64,000 bases of DNA from Octopus vulgaris (Eukaryota), in the NCBI GenBank assembly GCA_951406725.2, contig OX597833.1, forward strand, positions 44,268,001 through 44,332,000. Direction: 5' to 3'. The notes under the pieces were generated by a model, which worked only from the letters and a program-made list of their open reading frames with translations, was not told where the DNA came from and did not search any database. Positions 25,362-39,371 of the stretch are shown here, piece after piece (within the stretch, counting starts at the first letter, position 1; each line of letters opens with the position of its first letter). The position numbers and the translations under genes are program-made.

Positions 25362-25770
25362 GAGAAGGAGGAGAAGAAGAAGAAGAAGAAGAAGAAGAAG
25401 AAAAGAAGAAGAAGAAGAAGAAGAAGAAGAAGAAGAAGAAGAAGAAGAGAAGAAGAAGAAGATGGAGGAGAAAAAGATGAAGAAGGAGAAGAAGGAGAAG
25501 AAAAAGAAGAAGGAGAAGAAGAAGAAGAAGAAGAAGAAGAAGAAGAAGAAAAAAGAGAAAAGAAGGAGAAGAAGAAGAAGAAGAAGAAGAAGAAGAAGAA
25601 GGAGAAGGAGAAGAAGGAGAAGAAGAAGAAGAAGAAGAAGAAAAGAAGAAGAAGAAGAAGAAGAAGAAGGAAGAAGAAGAAGAAGAAGGAGGAGAAGAAG
25701 AAGAAGAAGAAGAAGAAGAAGAAGAAGAAGAAGAAGAAGAAGAAGAAGAAGAAGAAAAAGAAGAAGAAGA
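25362..25770. repeat. (GAA)n polypurine tract in the intron immediately 5' of the Ig1 exon
   Basis: ~400 bp of almost pure GAA/GAG/AAA triplets. Confidence 0.95.
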
Positions 25771-26009
25771 ATATAGTGATAGTCATGAAAAAGTAGGAGA
25801 AAAATGACCAATAGAAATTATGGGTGTAAATTTGAATATGGATTGCATTGTGCTCAAATAAATTTAGCATAATGATTTAAATGCTCTTTTTTAATGTTTA
25901 TTGTTATATTATGTATTGCTGTTGTTATTTAAGACACAAGGAAACACCAATTTTTCCCTATTTTACTGTCACTCCGAAAGTTACTTGGGAAATTTTCTGA
26001 GTAATATTT

Positions 26010-26362
26010 TAAAAGGTCTTCATCATTCTCGACACAATCAAGATCTTGTGCAATTGAAATCTAAGTGTCTTTCGTAACTTGTATATCATATCATATAATT
26101 TTACATCACTGTGTCTTATATTATATCATACTATCTGTATATATAAGTCACAGAATGTACGTGTATACATTTCCACAATTCTCTACCGATTTGGTCAGCT
26201 GATATCAGTTTTGGCACACACTTGGTAACATGCATCTCATACCCAAATCTTCAGTGATAAAGGACTGAACTGAACCATAACTAATCTGAACATCCTCTGA
26301 TAACTCACGAATTGTGGTTCGACGATTTCTCCTCATGGCTCATACATTCCTCTCCATACACA
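26010..26362 (-). mobile_element. Mariner fragment (family of 1438-2282)
   Basis: Reverse complement resembles IRELSEDVQISYGSVQS..EDLGMR. Longer paralogue at 53350-53963. Confidence 0.7.
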
Positions 26363-26364
26363 TA

Positions 26365-26413
<49 letters not shown>

Positions 26414-26414
26414 T

Positions 26415-26483
<69 letters not shown>

Positions 26484-26859
26484 ATATATTTACTTTTCCT
26501 TTATTTCAGCATGTCATAATTGTCTTTTTAAGCAACTGAAATCAGTAGCAAATTTTGATAGAAATTTAAACACTTTCTTTCTTTTAGCCATGATGGAGTG
26601 TTCTAAGCATTTTCATCCTGTTGATCCCTGTTCTTACATATAAATTTACTCGTGTGAAACCCCTTTGCCTTTTCAGTATTATCTAATACTAGCAAACGTA
26701 CCCATCCTTTCACAGTTTAAGTTGCATTTATGCCCATGACACCTGATTGAGACTAGAGGTGAATAATCTCGCGTGTCCACAACTTTCAGGTGTTCTAACA
26801 CCCGATGCTTTGAGAGAGTATTCTTCACCGCGCCAGGCTTCAGGCTGCCGGAAAATGTA

Positions 26860-27020
26860 TGAGTTTTGTTGCATGCGGTAAGATTCCCAGGATGTCAAAA
26901 GAAAGTATACTATCCCATGTTCATAAAGCGGGGAGCAGAACAGAAGCTAGAAGTTTCAGGCCTATCTCTCTGACGTCACATATTTGTAAGTTTATGGAAC
27001 GCATTGACTGAAGGGGGCTA
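26860..27020 (+). mobile_element. CR1/L2-type RT fragment
   Basis: HKAGSRTEARSFRPISLTSHICKFMERI. Paralogue at ~54510-54650. Confidence 0.65.
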
Positions 27021-27099
27021 ATCACGTTCTTTTAAGAAAGTAACTTGCGCACACACAACACACGACAGAGCTTCCGTCGGGGGAGAAGCTACGTCTCAC

Positions 27100-27555
27100 A
27101 GGTACTACACACAGTAGATCCTCTGTTTCCGCTTTTAAATCACTTTTAGTCATCCACAGCCATCTTTTATCTCTGTATGTCTTATCTTTACCGTCTTTAT
27201 GAAATTGACCATGCATTCTTTTCTTTACCCACCTATTTTCAGTTTCATTCGTTTTCAATTACTTGCATAGTGCTTTATCTTTGCAATCTTTGATCCTACA
27301 CAAGCCTGACTTTCTTACTTCTCATAATAGTGGTTCTGTGGAACTTTTTATATACCATGCTATGTTGTTGTCTTCCGCTCTAATGGTGTGTTCGCATCCA
27401 ATAGATCCCCTTCCCCTTCTTTTTCTTGTTACATACAGTCTGTCTGTGTCACTTTTTGTGTGTAGTGACCCATATATAGTGAGCAACTTTCTCAATTTCT
27501 GTCCAAGCTGTTTAGCTCGTCTACTGTCCAAGCGATTACTCCTGCTCTATATCTA
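27100..27555 (-). mobile_element. R4/Dong-like LINE fragment
   Basis: DTDRLYVTRKRRGRG and KRMHGQF..WLWMTKSDLKAETE. Confidence 0.7.
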
Positions 27556-28430
27556 AGGAAAAGCGTATTCTACCATCATTTCATCGTGTATATGTAAAGT
27601 ATCAGTTAATATGATAGCCAGATGATTTTATGTGGCGAAGAGTGTGTAGAACAGCCAGGCTATTTGAAAATACTAAGAGTAGAAAGTTGCAACGAATGAC
27701 TTATCTCAGGTTTTTCTATTTGAGGTCTTCATCGCGTACGTCAGTTCTCTTCGCCACGGTTTCTCTTCGCCAACTTACCTTGGTAATCTACCTGCGCACT
27801 CGGTCACCACACCAGAAATTTCTCAGTACTCCAGCATATATGTGTATATATAGAGAGAGATGTGTGTGTGTGTGCGCGCGCGCGTGCCGATAAGCCACTA
27901 AGCGTTCTTCTACGGATCGCGTGAATCTCATTCACTTCCAGCATCTTGATCTTTCGATCTTACCTTTACACACATGTGTTTGTATGTATGTATATACATG
28001 AATAAATATATGTGTATATATATGCAGAGTGGACTATAGTAAATGCTATATTTTGATTATTCATATTATCTTATAATATTTCGAAATATAAAAATTCCTT
28101 CTTCAGATATTGCTGAGAATTGATTGAGTGACGTCTATAATCAGTTTTCCAACGGTTACTGAAATTTTGTTTTCGGAAGCGTTTCTGCAGTGGTTTATAT
28201 AAGCTCGTTCCGGCATTCCTTATGAGAACTGCGTGAGGGCCGCCATGTTCAGAGCTCGTGAGTGTTAGCATTATAGTTATGCATTATACGTGCATTTTTG
28301 TTTTATATAACACATGAGAATGTTAAAAGAAATGGTCATATACGCATCCAGATGTAACTAAATAATATATTCTTTGCATGGGTTGGGTGTACAAAAAAAT
28401 TAGGGAATCGGCACAGTGGGCAACAATATA

Positions 28431-28504
<74 letters not shown>

Positions 28505-30041
28505 AAGAAAATAATGTCTTGCATCTTAACTTACGGGCTGAATTGTAAGGAACCATCATCAACATTAATATAACTAATAACATCCCTGATCTTAACAGGT
28601 AGGTATTAGGCAGAAAAGGAAATGATCGTCGGCTCTCAGCAAAAGAAAACAACGAAAAGACGTGTCTCACTCGAAAAGTGAAGTCGAAATAGTCAAGCAA
28701 ACACAGAGACAAAAACTCAATATACGTAAGTGTGACTGAGAGATGGAGTGCAATTCGAAGTGTGAGTGAAGCTGAGATTGTTCCATTTCCTGTTTCTTTC
28801 TCATTGTTTCTGTCTGTCAGTCTCTCCCAGGCTCACTTTCTCTCTCTCCCTCTCTCCTCTCTCTCCCTCTCCCCCTTTCTCTCTCTCATTCTGATTTATC
28901 GTTCTCTTTCTGTTTCGAGAAGTAGACAGGTAAAATACATTAAGAAACACAGTTTCAAAGAATAAAAGAACGAGAAACACAGGCGCGCCAACACACGGAA
29001 CACGCGCTGCAAGCACACACACTCGGACACACACACACACACATACACACACACACATACACACACAAACACACCACAGAGCAGAGAGTGAATTTCAGCA
29101 TACTGAGAGAATGAGTGAGGGGCAAAGTAAATTGATTAGGAAAGAGACGGCGACCAAGAATACGTAAGAGGGAAGAGAGGGAAAAATAAAGACGTGAACG
29201 TGAGAAAATCGGCAAGGTTGTGATGGAATGAAAGAATATAACAAACACCAAGAGGACATCAAAGAGTGAACGAGAGGGAGAGAGAAAGAGACAGACAGAA
29301 TGAAAAGATAGTATGGTGTAAGGGGCACATTTTCCTTATTTGTTGAAATATCTTAATATTTTTCCTTATTGACTTCAGCAGGCTACTGCAAAGAGCCCCG
29401 GTAGCAGAGGCTAAACTTATATAAACGAAAGCTGTATTTATCTGGCCCCTTTCTCTTCGAATTCCATGACATTCTTCCTAAGATTGTCTTAATAGGTTGC
29501 TGCTCTTCTTCACTAAATCCTTTGTACTGCATTCCCAGTTCCCGCAACAATTGTATTTGGCAACCTAGAAGATTTTGTTGCATAAATTTCTTGGGGTTAC
29601 CTAACATCGATGAAGCTGCACCTGGCAAATCTATAGGCAACATTTGAGTGCTGTGATTGCTGTCATTCGACTATCAGCCACATCTTTAGCTGTTGTCTGT
29701 CCCATCCTGCATACATTGAGTTCAAACTGCTGCCACTCATTGTAGATATATGGTGGACGAATTTTATCTGCTGAACTACTCTGCATTGGGTTGGGTGTGC
29801 AAGCACATTAAGGGAATCGGCACAGTGAGCTTTTTTTCAGTATGTGACCTCGTGAAGACTACTTGCATTTTTTTCCCCTCTGTCCTCCCACCTCGGGATC
29901 TTTCTTCCTCCTATGTTTCCGACGAAGAGCTCCGCTCGAAACGTCATACCCTCCTTCTTCCCTTCTTTCCTGAGCGTCCAATAATACTTTATTTGTTCCA
30001 CATCCTCGCGTTGTTGTCTTTTTGTTTTCTTGCTTGGATTA

Positions 30042-30096
<55 letters not shown>

Positions 30097-30409
30097 TAGT
30101 GTGTGTGTGTGTGTGTGCGCTTGCGCAGAAGGTGAGAAAGACGGTGAGTGTGAAAAGGCGAAAGAGCATATTCTACCGTCATTTCGTCGTGTGTATGTTA
30201 TGTATTAGTTATGAAGATAGCCAGATGATTTTAAGTTGTGAAAGGCGTGTAACATAGCCAGGCCCTTTGAAAATACTAATAGCAGAAAGTTGTTGCAAAT
30301 ATTTTCCTCAAACTCAACGAACAACATATCTCGGTTTTTACCGTTAGAGGTCTTCATCTCGTATGTCTGCATTTCTGGGTGTCAGAAGTTTTATAGATGT
30401 TATATTTCA

Positions 30410-33400
30410 CTGAATCGCTACCGTGAGCCTGGTCTTATGCAGCACTGATCAGGCTTTCTGTGGTTACACTTCAAATCACCTTGCCCAAAACATGCCCTCG
30501 ATGCTGTATTATCCTTAATGTCCTGTGCATTCGTTTCAAACCATCCATGTATTCTCATTTCAAGAAGGTCTTCTTTTCTCTTCTCCTCGGCTCTTTGGTT
30601 AAACACTTTCTTGACCATCACTTCATCTGCATTTACACCCATATTTTTCGCGGCATATTTCAGCAGATCTTCATCACTATTTATCAAATACTCGGCAAGC
30701 GTTCTCCTTTCACTCCTTATAGAATGGTCTATACTAATTAGTCCTCTGCTACCATTCTTTTTTTCTTTTCATATACAGTCTGTTTACATTTGCTTTAATT
30801 TGTAGCGCCCCATGCAGCGTCATCAACTTTCTCGTACTTCTATCCAGTGTTGATATTTCATCTTTAGTCCATTTGAGAAGGGCGCACTATATCTGACCTC
30901 CGCAACTGCCCAGATATTCATTGCAGTAATCAAATTTTTGGCATTTATGTTGGATTTCAACACAATATTCACTCTTTTTTTATATGCTTCGCTGATCCAA
31001 AGTTTCATTCTCCGTGTAGAATATCATCCAGCTCCAACATCTTTAAATATCTATACCCACTACCGTTCACCCATGGTCTCTCCTGATGGTAGCCGCAATC
31101 CTCTGAAGGCTACTTTCGTCTCTCTTTTCATATTAAATACTCAGCGTTTGGTAATCCCACATTCCATATCGATGTCCCTACCACACTTCTGCACTTTTTT
31201 GGTTAAGGAATCTATCTGTTTTTCAGATTTCCCAAACAATTTCAAACGATGGTTCAAAAGATGGGGCCTTTCTTCCCACATCGTTAATCCACCTTAACTT
31301 CCCTAAGTGTCATTGTTATAGGTATTAGTGCAATTACAAAAAGTAACGAAGAAAACGAGTCACCTTGGAAGATTCCCCTTTTAATATTAATTTCTCTAAG
31401 GAATATATTACTTGAGTACAATTTAGTTTTCTACTCTTTCATGCTATGCATCAGAAAGTTTGTGATGTTGTCAACAACACCAAACATCTGCAGGCATTCA
31501 ACGATCCAAGAATAAGGCATCATATACGCACTCTTAAAGTCAATCCAAGCCATAGACATGTTTGTATGATGTTTTACAAGGCCTCAAAACTGTTTTATAG
31601 ATGACCCGATGATCCTTGGCACCCTGAGAACTCTTCCTACATCTTTTTTGTTCCCTTGGATTGGTAGTATTTCTTCCAGTGCCAGGAAATTGTATGTCTT
31701 TGCCGCACATATTTTAGTTAGTATTTTCCAGATTATGTTTAGGCATGCTTTCTTCTATCTTTCATTACAAGTTCTGTCCCCCCAGTCACCATCCACGCGG
31801 AGATCGTACCTTTCTGGACACACTCATTCACATGGGCTGTTAGTCTTTCATGCACCGCGTGGCATCTCTTCAACCAGAAGCCATGAATCCTATCTGGTCC
31901 TGGGGCTTTCCAGTTAGGTACTTTACCCACTTGTTCTTTCACATCACCTGTGCTTATTCCTTTGTTGCTTTCCCCATTGTAATTCTATCTTGATAGCCCC
32001 TATCCACATTGCATCCCTTTTATGCACCCAATTGTTTCCCCATCATCTGCTCCAGTACTCCTTGGCTTGATTTCCATCAGGAGCAACTTTTTCCCCCATA
32101 GTGTCCTTCTAACGTTCTGAAGAATTGCTTCGGGTTATTTTTGAATAATCTGTTCTCGAACTGCTTATTTCTGTTCACAAATCTTCTGAGCTTCTGGCTT
32201 TTTGCCATGATCCTTTGTTTTAATTGCTCTGTTACTGCATCAAACCAGTTCTTTTGTATTTTATATTTCTTCTCTAATCTTTCTCAGTCGGTTTTTGTCC
32301 TATTTTCCCAGTTTCCTCTTAACTATTGCTCAGTTTTTCCTAGATCTTGCCTTGCCCGCATTATCTCCCTTCCAATGTGTCGTTTCCACCATTTTTTGTT
32401 CTCTTAAGTTGCAACTTCTCCTCAACAAGTAGCCCAATAGCTCGGAGAAGATTCCTTGTTTGTGTTATGTCCTCTGTCTGGATGAATATTCTGACAGTAT
32501 TTATCTTTCGTGTTACGTTATTTATCATATTTCTATCTACCCTTCTCATATTCATAAAGAATTTTTCTCCTGGAGCATTCATCAAGTCGGTGAATCGTCT
32601 TTGAATTTCAAGCAACTCATTATCTAATTGGTTCATTTCCCCTTCATGTCCACCCACCACAGTATCAGGATTTAATGTATAGCGTTCCTGTTCTTCATTC
32701 CTAACAGCCCCATCACCCTTCCCCTGTTCGTCCTGTCTACTCTTCTCCTTGCTTTCAACTCTTACTTCTCTGTTTTCATCTCCGACCATCCTTTGTAGCC
32801 CATCGGCAAGGTCTCTCAGACTCTCACTAATCCGAGATATTTCTTCTCCAGTTAAGTAATCCTTCCTCCTAATCACTCTCACTAGGTTCATTAGTTTGTT
32901 TTCTGACATAGGGCACATATCTTTTTCCATCCAAAATTACAAGGTACCTCGGCCTACTCCACGACTTCTTTCCAGCTTTGCTCTTTCATGACATTCAATA
33001 AGTGTATCGTACTCTTCCTTTGTCCACTTATGTCTGTTTATGCGCACACCGAGTATTTGATCTGTTGCGACATAACGACCGTCCGAGACCAGATCACTGC
33101 CCCTGATGCGGGCACTTTCGGACATACCGGGCCTGAAACCTTGACCATGATCGGCTATAGCTTCATTCTCGCCGTTAATTCTTTCCTTGTGTTGCAACAT
33201 GATTTCATGAGTCGTTGGTGGGTTTCCCACAAGAGTTGTTATTGAGATACCGTCCCTCTCTTCCTCTCTTTATTTGTATATACATGCGCACATGTATATA
33301 CATACACATATATAAATAACGCGCTTGAAGTATGTCACCTCCATAACCACAGTGATTATCATTACCACGATCGTTCTATCTGTAGCATTTAAAATTATCG

Positions 33401-33560
33401 ATAATAATATGGGTCCCGGTATATTGCAACAGATCTTCGTCACTATTTATCAAATACTCGGCAAGCATTCTCCTTTCACTCTTTATACAATGGTCTTTAC
33501 TAAGCAGTCCTCTACCACCTTTCTTTTCATATACAGTCTGTTTACGTTTGAGGTTAACAC
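30410..33560 (-). mobile_element. Large decayed R4/Dong-clade non-LTR retrotransposon
   Basis: In order: HKWTKEE..IECH, SENKLMNLVRVIRRK, KAPGPDRIHGFWLK, AWIDFK, GIFQGDSFSSLLF, NLITAMNIWAV, MRIHGWF. Many frameshifts and stops. A duplicated piece lies at 33415-33560. Confidence 0.8.
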
Positions 33561-33894
33561 TTAATACTATGTTTGCCCTCCCTGCATAAATTGTATTTGC
33601 CGAACAATTCTTCTGTGCCGATGAAGAGAAATAACCCAGCAATCGCGATACACAGATATTGTTTTGAGCTGAGTGGGGATGCTAGATTCCCTTGTTCGAA
33701 AATATAAGAACACAGATCGTGCCATATAGTCAGCAGGAGACGATGTCTCCTGGGGCTAAATTACAGTAACATTAGTCCTAAACTAGGACTACCATGTTAT
33801 GTTGGCAAACAATCTTTACTACAAAGTACTGTTGCTGAATATCTCACGTTGTGAGATTTAAAAATAGTAATTTTCTAATTATCAACTTGCTTTA

Positions 33895-34290
33895 AGGCGG
33901 CGAGCTGGCAGAAACGTTAGCACGCCGGGCGAAATGCTTAGCGGTATTTCGTCTGCCGCTACGTTCTGAGTTCAAATTCCGCCGAGGTCGACTTTGCCTT
34001 TCATCCTTTCGGGGTCGGTTAAATAAGTACCAGTTACGCACCGGGGTCGATATAATCGACTTAATCCGTTTGTTTGTCCTTGTTTGTCCCCTCTGTGTTT
34101 AGCCCCTTGTGGATAGTAAAGAAATAGGTATTTCGTCTGTCATTACGTTCTGAGTTCAACTTCCGCCGAAGTCGATTTTGCCTTTCATCCTTTCGCGGGC
34201 AATAAATTAAGTACCAGTAGCAAGCTAAGGTCGATCTATTCGACTGACCCCCTCACCCAAAATTTCGGGCCTTCTGCCTAGAGTAGAAAA
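33895..34290 (+). mobile_element. tRNA-derived SINE (Nin/Deu-like domain), dimeric
   Basis: GGCGGCGAGCTGGCAGAAACGTTAGC..GAGTTCAAATTCC..GTCGACTTTGCCTTTCATCCTTTCGGGGTCG occurs twice. Older minus-strand copies lie at ~3700-3910, 16180-16375 and 39600-39800. Confidence 0.75.
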
Positions 34291-35378
34291 GAAAAGAATA
34301 TTCAACTTGCTTTCTATATTGTTACTTCTCTTGTAATACTTCTTATTGAAGGTTACGATCGTTGCAAATGGCTAGTAGAACCATTTCACCACAAAATATA
34401 TACCTCTCTACACCAAATTAATTAACTAATCAGTTGACTAACGAAATAGTTTTCTCCCTACCAATCACGCCAGATTCTAAAGTTATTGTTGCAGATTTTC
34501 AACATGTTGTGAGGTGGAGGTGGCGTTGCATGTATATCCTCCACATACGTAATTATTCACATTAAAAGCGACACAAATTGCTAACCATGAACTACAAACC
34601 ATTTCTCTTTCTAAATTATCGAGTTCCGATATGGGAAAAACCTCTAACCGTTGCCAATAAATTATTATTGTTCCTGAACTTTATTTTATACTTACCACGG
34701 ACTGCACAAAGCTTACAAATTTCCCACATTTAGATACTTGAAGACGCGCACTCTCTAACCCTTTACTTGACTTTTCCTTCCTTCCTGTCTGTCTTCCTCT
34801 CTACCTGTCTCTCTCCTTCTTATTTTTCACCCTTTCTGGTTTCTTTTCTCTCTATCTCTCTCTCTCACTCTCTCACTCCTCCTCTCTCTGGCCCTTGCTG
34901 ACTGGACTACTAACTTTCTTTTGCTCGTAGGTTTCAACAAGTGAACATCGACTTCTCCCGTCTCTAGCAGTCGATTTTCTGAATTTGCGCTGCAACGAAT
35001 TTTTCCACCGTCTAGGCTTAAAAAAGCCCTCAATGTTGGTTTCCTTGTCCTGTTTTTATTCTTTATGTGTACTGTACTTTTATTTGTATTGCGTTTACGT
35101 CCTGTTCTTGTCACATTTTTTCTTTCCTTGTTTTACCCCTCTGCAAAAGAATTTTATTTAATTCATTTTGCAGGAAGGACTCTTTCGGTCGGATCGTGTT
35201 CTGCCCATACCTTCGAAACACGCATTGAGTCGAACCAAGGGCAGCTGATGAAGGGGAATATTCCGTGTATTGTTTGTCTTGTACCCTGTTTTTTCGTTGT
35301 TAAAAAAAGTCCGTTTCCTTGTTTGTTTTTATGTTTTCGTTTCTCGTTGTGTTCTACGTTTATTTGTGGTGTCCTGTA

Positions 35379-35419
<41 letters not shown>

Positions 35420-35497
35420 GCATGTATGTATACATATAGATGAGGTATGTACATATATGTATGTAGGTATGTATATGTTTCATTTGTTAAATTGTTA

Positions 35498-35533
<36 letters not shown>

Positions 35534-35540
<7 letters not shown>

Positions 35541-36170
35541 TACATTATATAATTAGGGCTTAGTAAAATAAATTACTTTGCCACATACTGAACTTAGTAG
35601 AAATAGCAGCCCAAAAAAACTTTCTTAGCATTTCTACTACTTAAAGAAAATTTCTCTCAGATAATGTTTACTCTAGACAGCTCACGAAGGTTTGGGGGTA
35701 AATACAGAAAAATATCACAAGTACATAGATCGTTTGAATACGTCAACGTTTCAAGATTAGCCAAATAAAATCAGCATTTCTTTCGTCAGCTCAAAATTTC
35801 TTAATTTGGATTTGGAAACACTAAAAAGAAGGAACTTTACCTATCAGCGACTTGTCGCTTCAGATGAACCACTCCAACTAACAGTGTCAACAAATTCAAA
35901 ATGCGCCTGCATTTTATTTGGCTAATCTTGAAACGTTGACGTACTCAAACGATCTATGTACTTGTGATATTTTTCTGTATTTACCCCCAAACCTTCGTGA
36001 GCTGTCTAGAGTAAACATTATCAGAGAGAAATTTTCTTTAAGTAGTAGAAATACTAAGAAAATTTTTTTTTGGCTGCTATTTCTACTAAGTTCAGTATGT
36101 GGCAAAGTAATTTATTTTATTAATTAATTAATTTTACGCTATAAGCCCTAATTATATAATGTAATATTTT
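35534..36170. repeat. Long inverted repeat / foldback, ~240-bp arms with ~140-bp spacer
   Basis: 35534-35771 is the near-perfect reverse complement of 35911-36170. Confidence 0.9.
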
Positions 36171-36248
36171 GAATTCGCCTTAAATGGTCCTTTTACATAC
36201 TGAACACTTGGTGAAATTGATTAATTAATTAATTTTACGCTCAATTGT

Positions 36249-36306
<58 letters not shown>

Positions 36307-36332
36307 ATGTGTCTGTGTGGTATATGAGTATG

Positions 36333-36493
36333 TGGGAGTGGCTGTGTGGTAAGTAGCTTGCTAACCAACCACATGGTTCCGGGTTCAGTCCCACTGCGTG
36401 GAATCTTGGGCGAGTGTCTTCTGCTATAGCCCCGGGTCGACCAATGCCTTGTGAGTGGATTTGGTAGAGGGAAACTGAAAGAAGACTGTCGTG

Positions 36494-36524
<31 letters not shown>

Positions 36525-36710
36525 TTGTGTGTTTGTGTTTGTCCCCCTACCATTGCTTGACAACCGATGCTGGTGTGTTTACGTCCCCGTCACTTAGCGG
36601 TTTGGCAAAAGTGACCGATAGAATAAATACGGGGTCGATTTGCTCGACTAAAGGCGGTGCTCCAGCATGGCCGCAGTCATATGACTGAAACAAGTAAAAG
36701 AGTAAAGAGT
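36333..36710 (+). mobile_element. Octopus-type CORE-like SINE
   Basis: Same family as 13979-14370. Confidence 0.85.
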
Positions 36711-36892
36711 ATATATATATATATATTATTTGTCATTTATGTATTGGTTTACGTCTATCACTATTTGAGTTGCCTAATAGGGGTTTTACCTCTAATTCAT
36801 ATTTTACATATTTATACTGTGAAATTTGATTTATTTCTAAATCTAAATTTCCCCTGTAAATTTGGAGCCATACTTTTTTTATATAATATATA

Positions 36893-36962
<70 letters not shown>

Positions 36963-37069
36963 CATAAACATATAATTTTATGATACGATAACCAGGCATG
37001 TTATAAAATACGTCATGTACCTCCAAGCAGTCGTCCAACCTCTATTCATGCGTTATAAGTTTGAAAGAC

Positions 37070-37545
37070 TAGGTCTCTGCCCAATATGAAGAATATCATA
37101 TCTTGTAAATATAAACGGTCGTAACCTTGAAGCTTGTCCACTTGATCAGGCATGTACGATGAACTCTGTCTTGTACGAGGCAGAAGTATCAGTAACGCTT
37201 CAAGATAAATCAATTGAAAGGGAGAATTTCATAGAATTGCATCGGGTTATGTGACTTCAAAAACGTCATGCACACCACTTATCTTCTTTTCCAGACATCG
37301 ACAATTGTAATATAAGCAAGTTGGCCAGCCACGTATGGAACTTGAACACCAGCTCCACATCAATCATACAATCAAATGGAGAATCGTGGTGAAATCAAGC
37401 CATAATTTAATGGATCTAAAAATGCAGCTTATGACTAGTAGAAAGATCTCATATTCTTCTTAGATCGAACAGTTCCAACACAATGCTTAATTCCAGAAAT
37501 TACATTTTTACTAGGTTTAAACACATGGGACATCTGACATTTCAG
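37070..37545 (+). mobile_element. Decayed Penelope-like GIY-YIG endonuclease fragment (same type as the 4201-6408 C-terminus)
   Basis: FK.RHAHHLSSF..SKLASHVWNL..IKWRIV..CSL*LVER..LNSRN, with frameshifts. Confidence 0.6.
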
Positions 37546-37755
37546 CCTGGTACATGTAGAAAAGAGCAGATCTGTAATCCGCTTCTATTGTGACTGATGG
37601 GCAAAACTTTACGAAGAATTTAAACGACATTTTCCTATAACTTTCTAGTTCTGCTAAACCGTGCTCATCAATGTAAAACCAAGTGTCATTCCTATATATG
37701 CCTTCCCTAATTTAGTTGGAAAAAAGATAGAGACTGTGTATAGGTGAAACTTTGT

Positions 37756-37761
37756 TTTATT
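37756..37761 (-). promoter_or_regulatory. Putative polyadenylation signal of gene copy C
   Basis: Minus-strand AATAAA in the three-copy conserved block. Confidence 0.5.
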
Positions 37762-38011
37762 ATATCTATTTAGATGCATATGCTTGGGCACGTATGTACA
37801 AATATATATTGCACACATACAATCAGACATATTCTTATAATGTTTTCAGCATCAGAAAACAACGAACGGTAACTGGAGAAAGCACTCAGTGTGTAGTGTA
37901 GAGTCAAATATTTATATCCGGGGAAAACGTGAGTTGGCTGTTACTTGAAAGATTCGCTGAATCAGGCAGTAAGCTGAAAAAGAAAGGAAGTTTTGTCAAT
38001 TGAGAAAGAAA

Positions 38012-38091
<80 letters not shown>

Positions 38092-39332
38092 GAGTATGTG
38101 AGTGTGTGTGTGTAGGTTTGTAGGAAGGTATGTAGGCTGGTACGTAGGTAGGTATGTAGATAGATAGGTTTGTAGGTAAGAAAGTAGGCCGGCAAGTGGG
38201 TAGGTAGCTTTATAAGAATATATGTATGTATACTTTTATGTATGTATGTATGTAGGGTTGGATAGATGGATGGTTGGATGGATGGATGGATGGATGGATG
38301 GTTGGATGGATGGATTGATGGATGAGTGGATGTATTTGACCCTAATCTCTCGCTTCGTAAGAACTGTTGCAGGAATAAGGCCCCATAGCTTAGTGGTTCG
38401 GCAAACGTTGCAGTCAAAATAAGTACCAGATATACAAATATCATTTCAAGGTAGTAACCAAGTATAGACGTAGTCCAGTGGTTGAAGCAAATAAAAGAGG
38501 AACAATAGAGATGATCTACGTCCAGAAATATGGTATGTTCAGTGCTCTAACTCATTTTGCTCGATGAATGCTAATCTAAACATTAAAGAAAATTGATGAC
38601 AACGATGAGTTTGAAAGAGAAGCGTTGCAGTAACCAGAAACTAAATCAATATTATTTTATATAAGGATAACAAAATCAAAGAAAAGAAAAAGAAAAGAAA
38701 AAAAGGCATTTAGGGGCGATGCACACCCTGCGCGCAAAGACGATTTTCGCAAATTAGAGTGTGACTTGCAATGCGTTGCTTACCCATGCTTTTAAACTGA
38801 ACTGAATTAAGCTTGGTAAGTGTTTGAGTAAAAGAGGATTAGAAGCGTAAGTAAATGGCAGCTAAAAGTAGACCTGATCAATGTCTACGACAGACGCATG
38901 TCAGTAAAATGAGTAAATTTATGACTAAATAAATAATTATTGAAATACTCATCATGATTATGACAAAGAAAGTGAAGGAAATATTGCAAAGAATTACGTA
39001 GAAAATATTGCATAGAATTTGAGAAGTGATTTAAAGGTCTTTCAATGCTGGTAGGCGGATCAAACATACTGTAGTTCGTTGTAGGATATAAGTAATATTA
39101 CCACCTGCTTATGGGGAAATTCATAAATTTGATGTTTAAAACAAATTTTCATTATTCTTTTTAAGTCTCATCATTACAGGTATTCATGCTTCGGTGAAAT
39201 TAAGAAATCAACTCATAAAAAAATGAAACCATGGAATCCATCACTATACACACACACGCGCACACACACGCGCACATACAAACACACACACACACACACA
39301 CATACACACACACACATACAGAGTCTCATATC

Positions 39333-39371
<39 letters not shown>

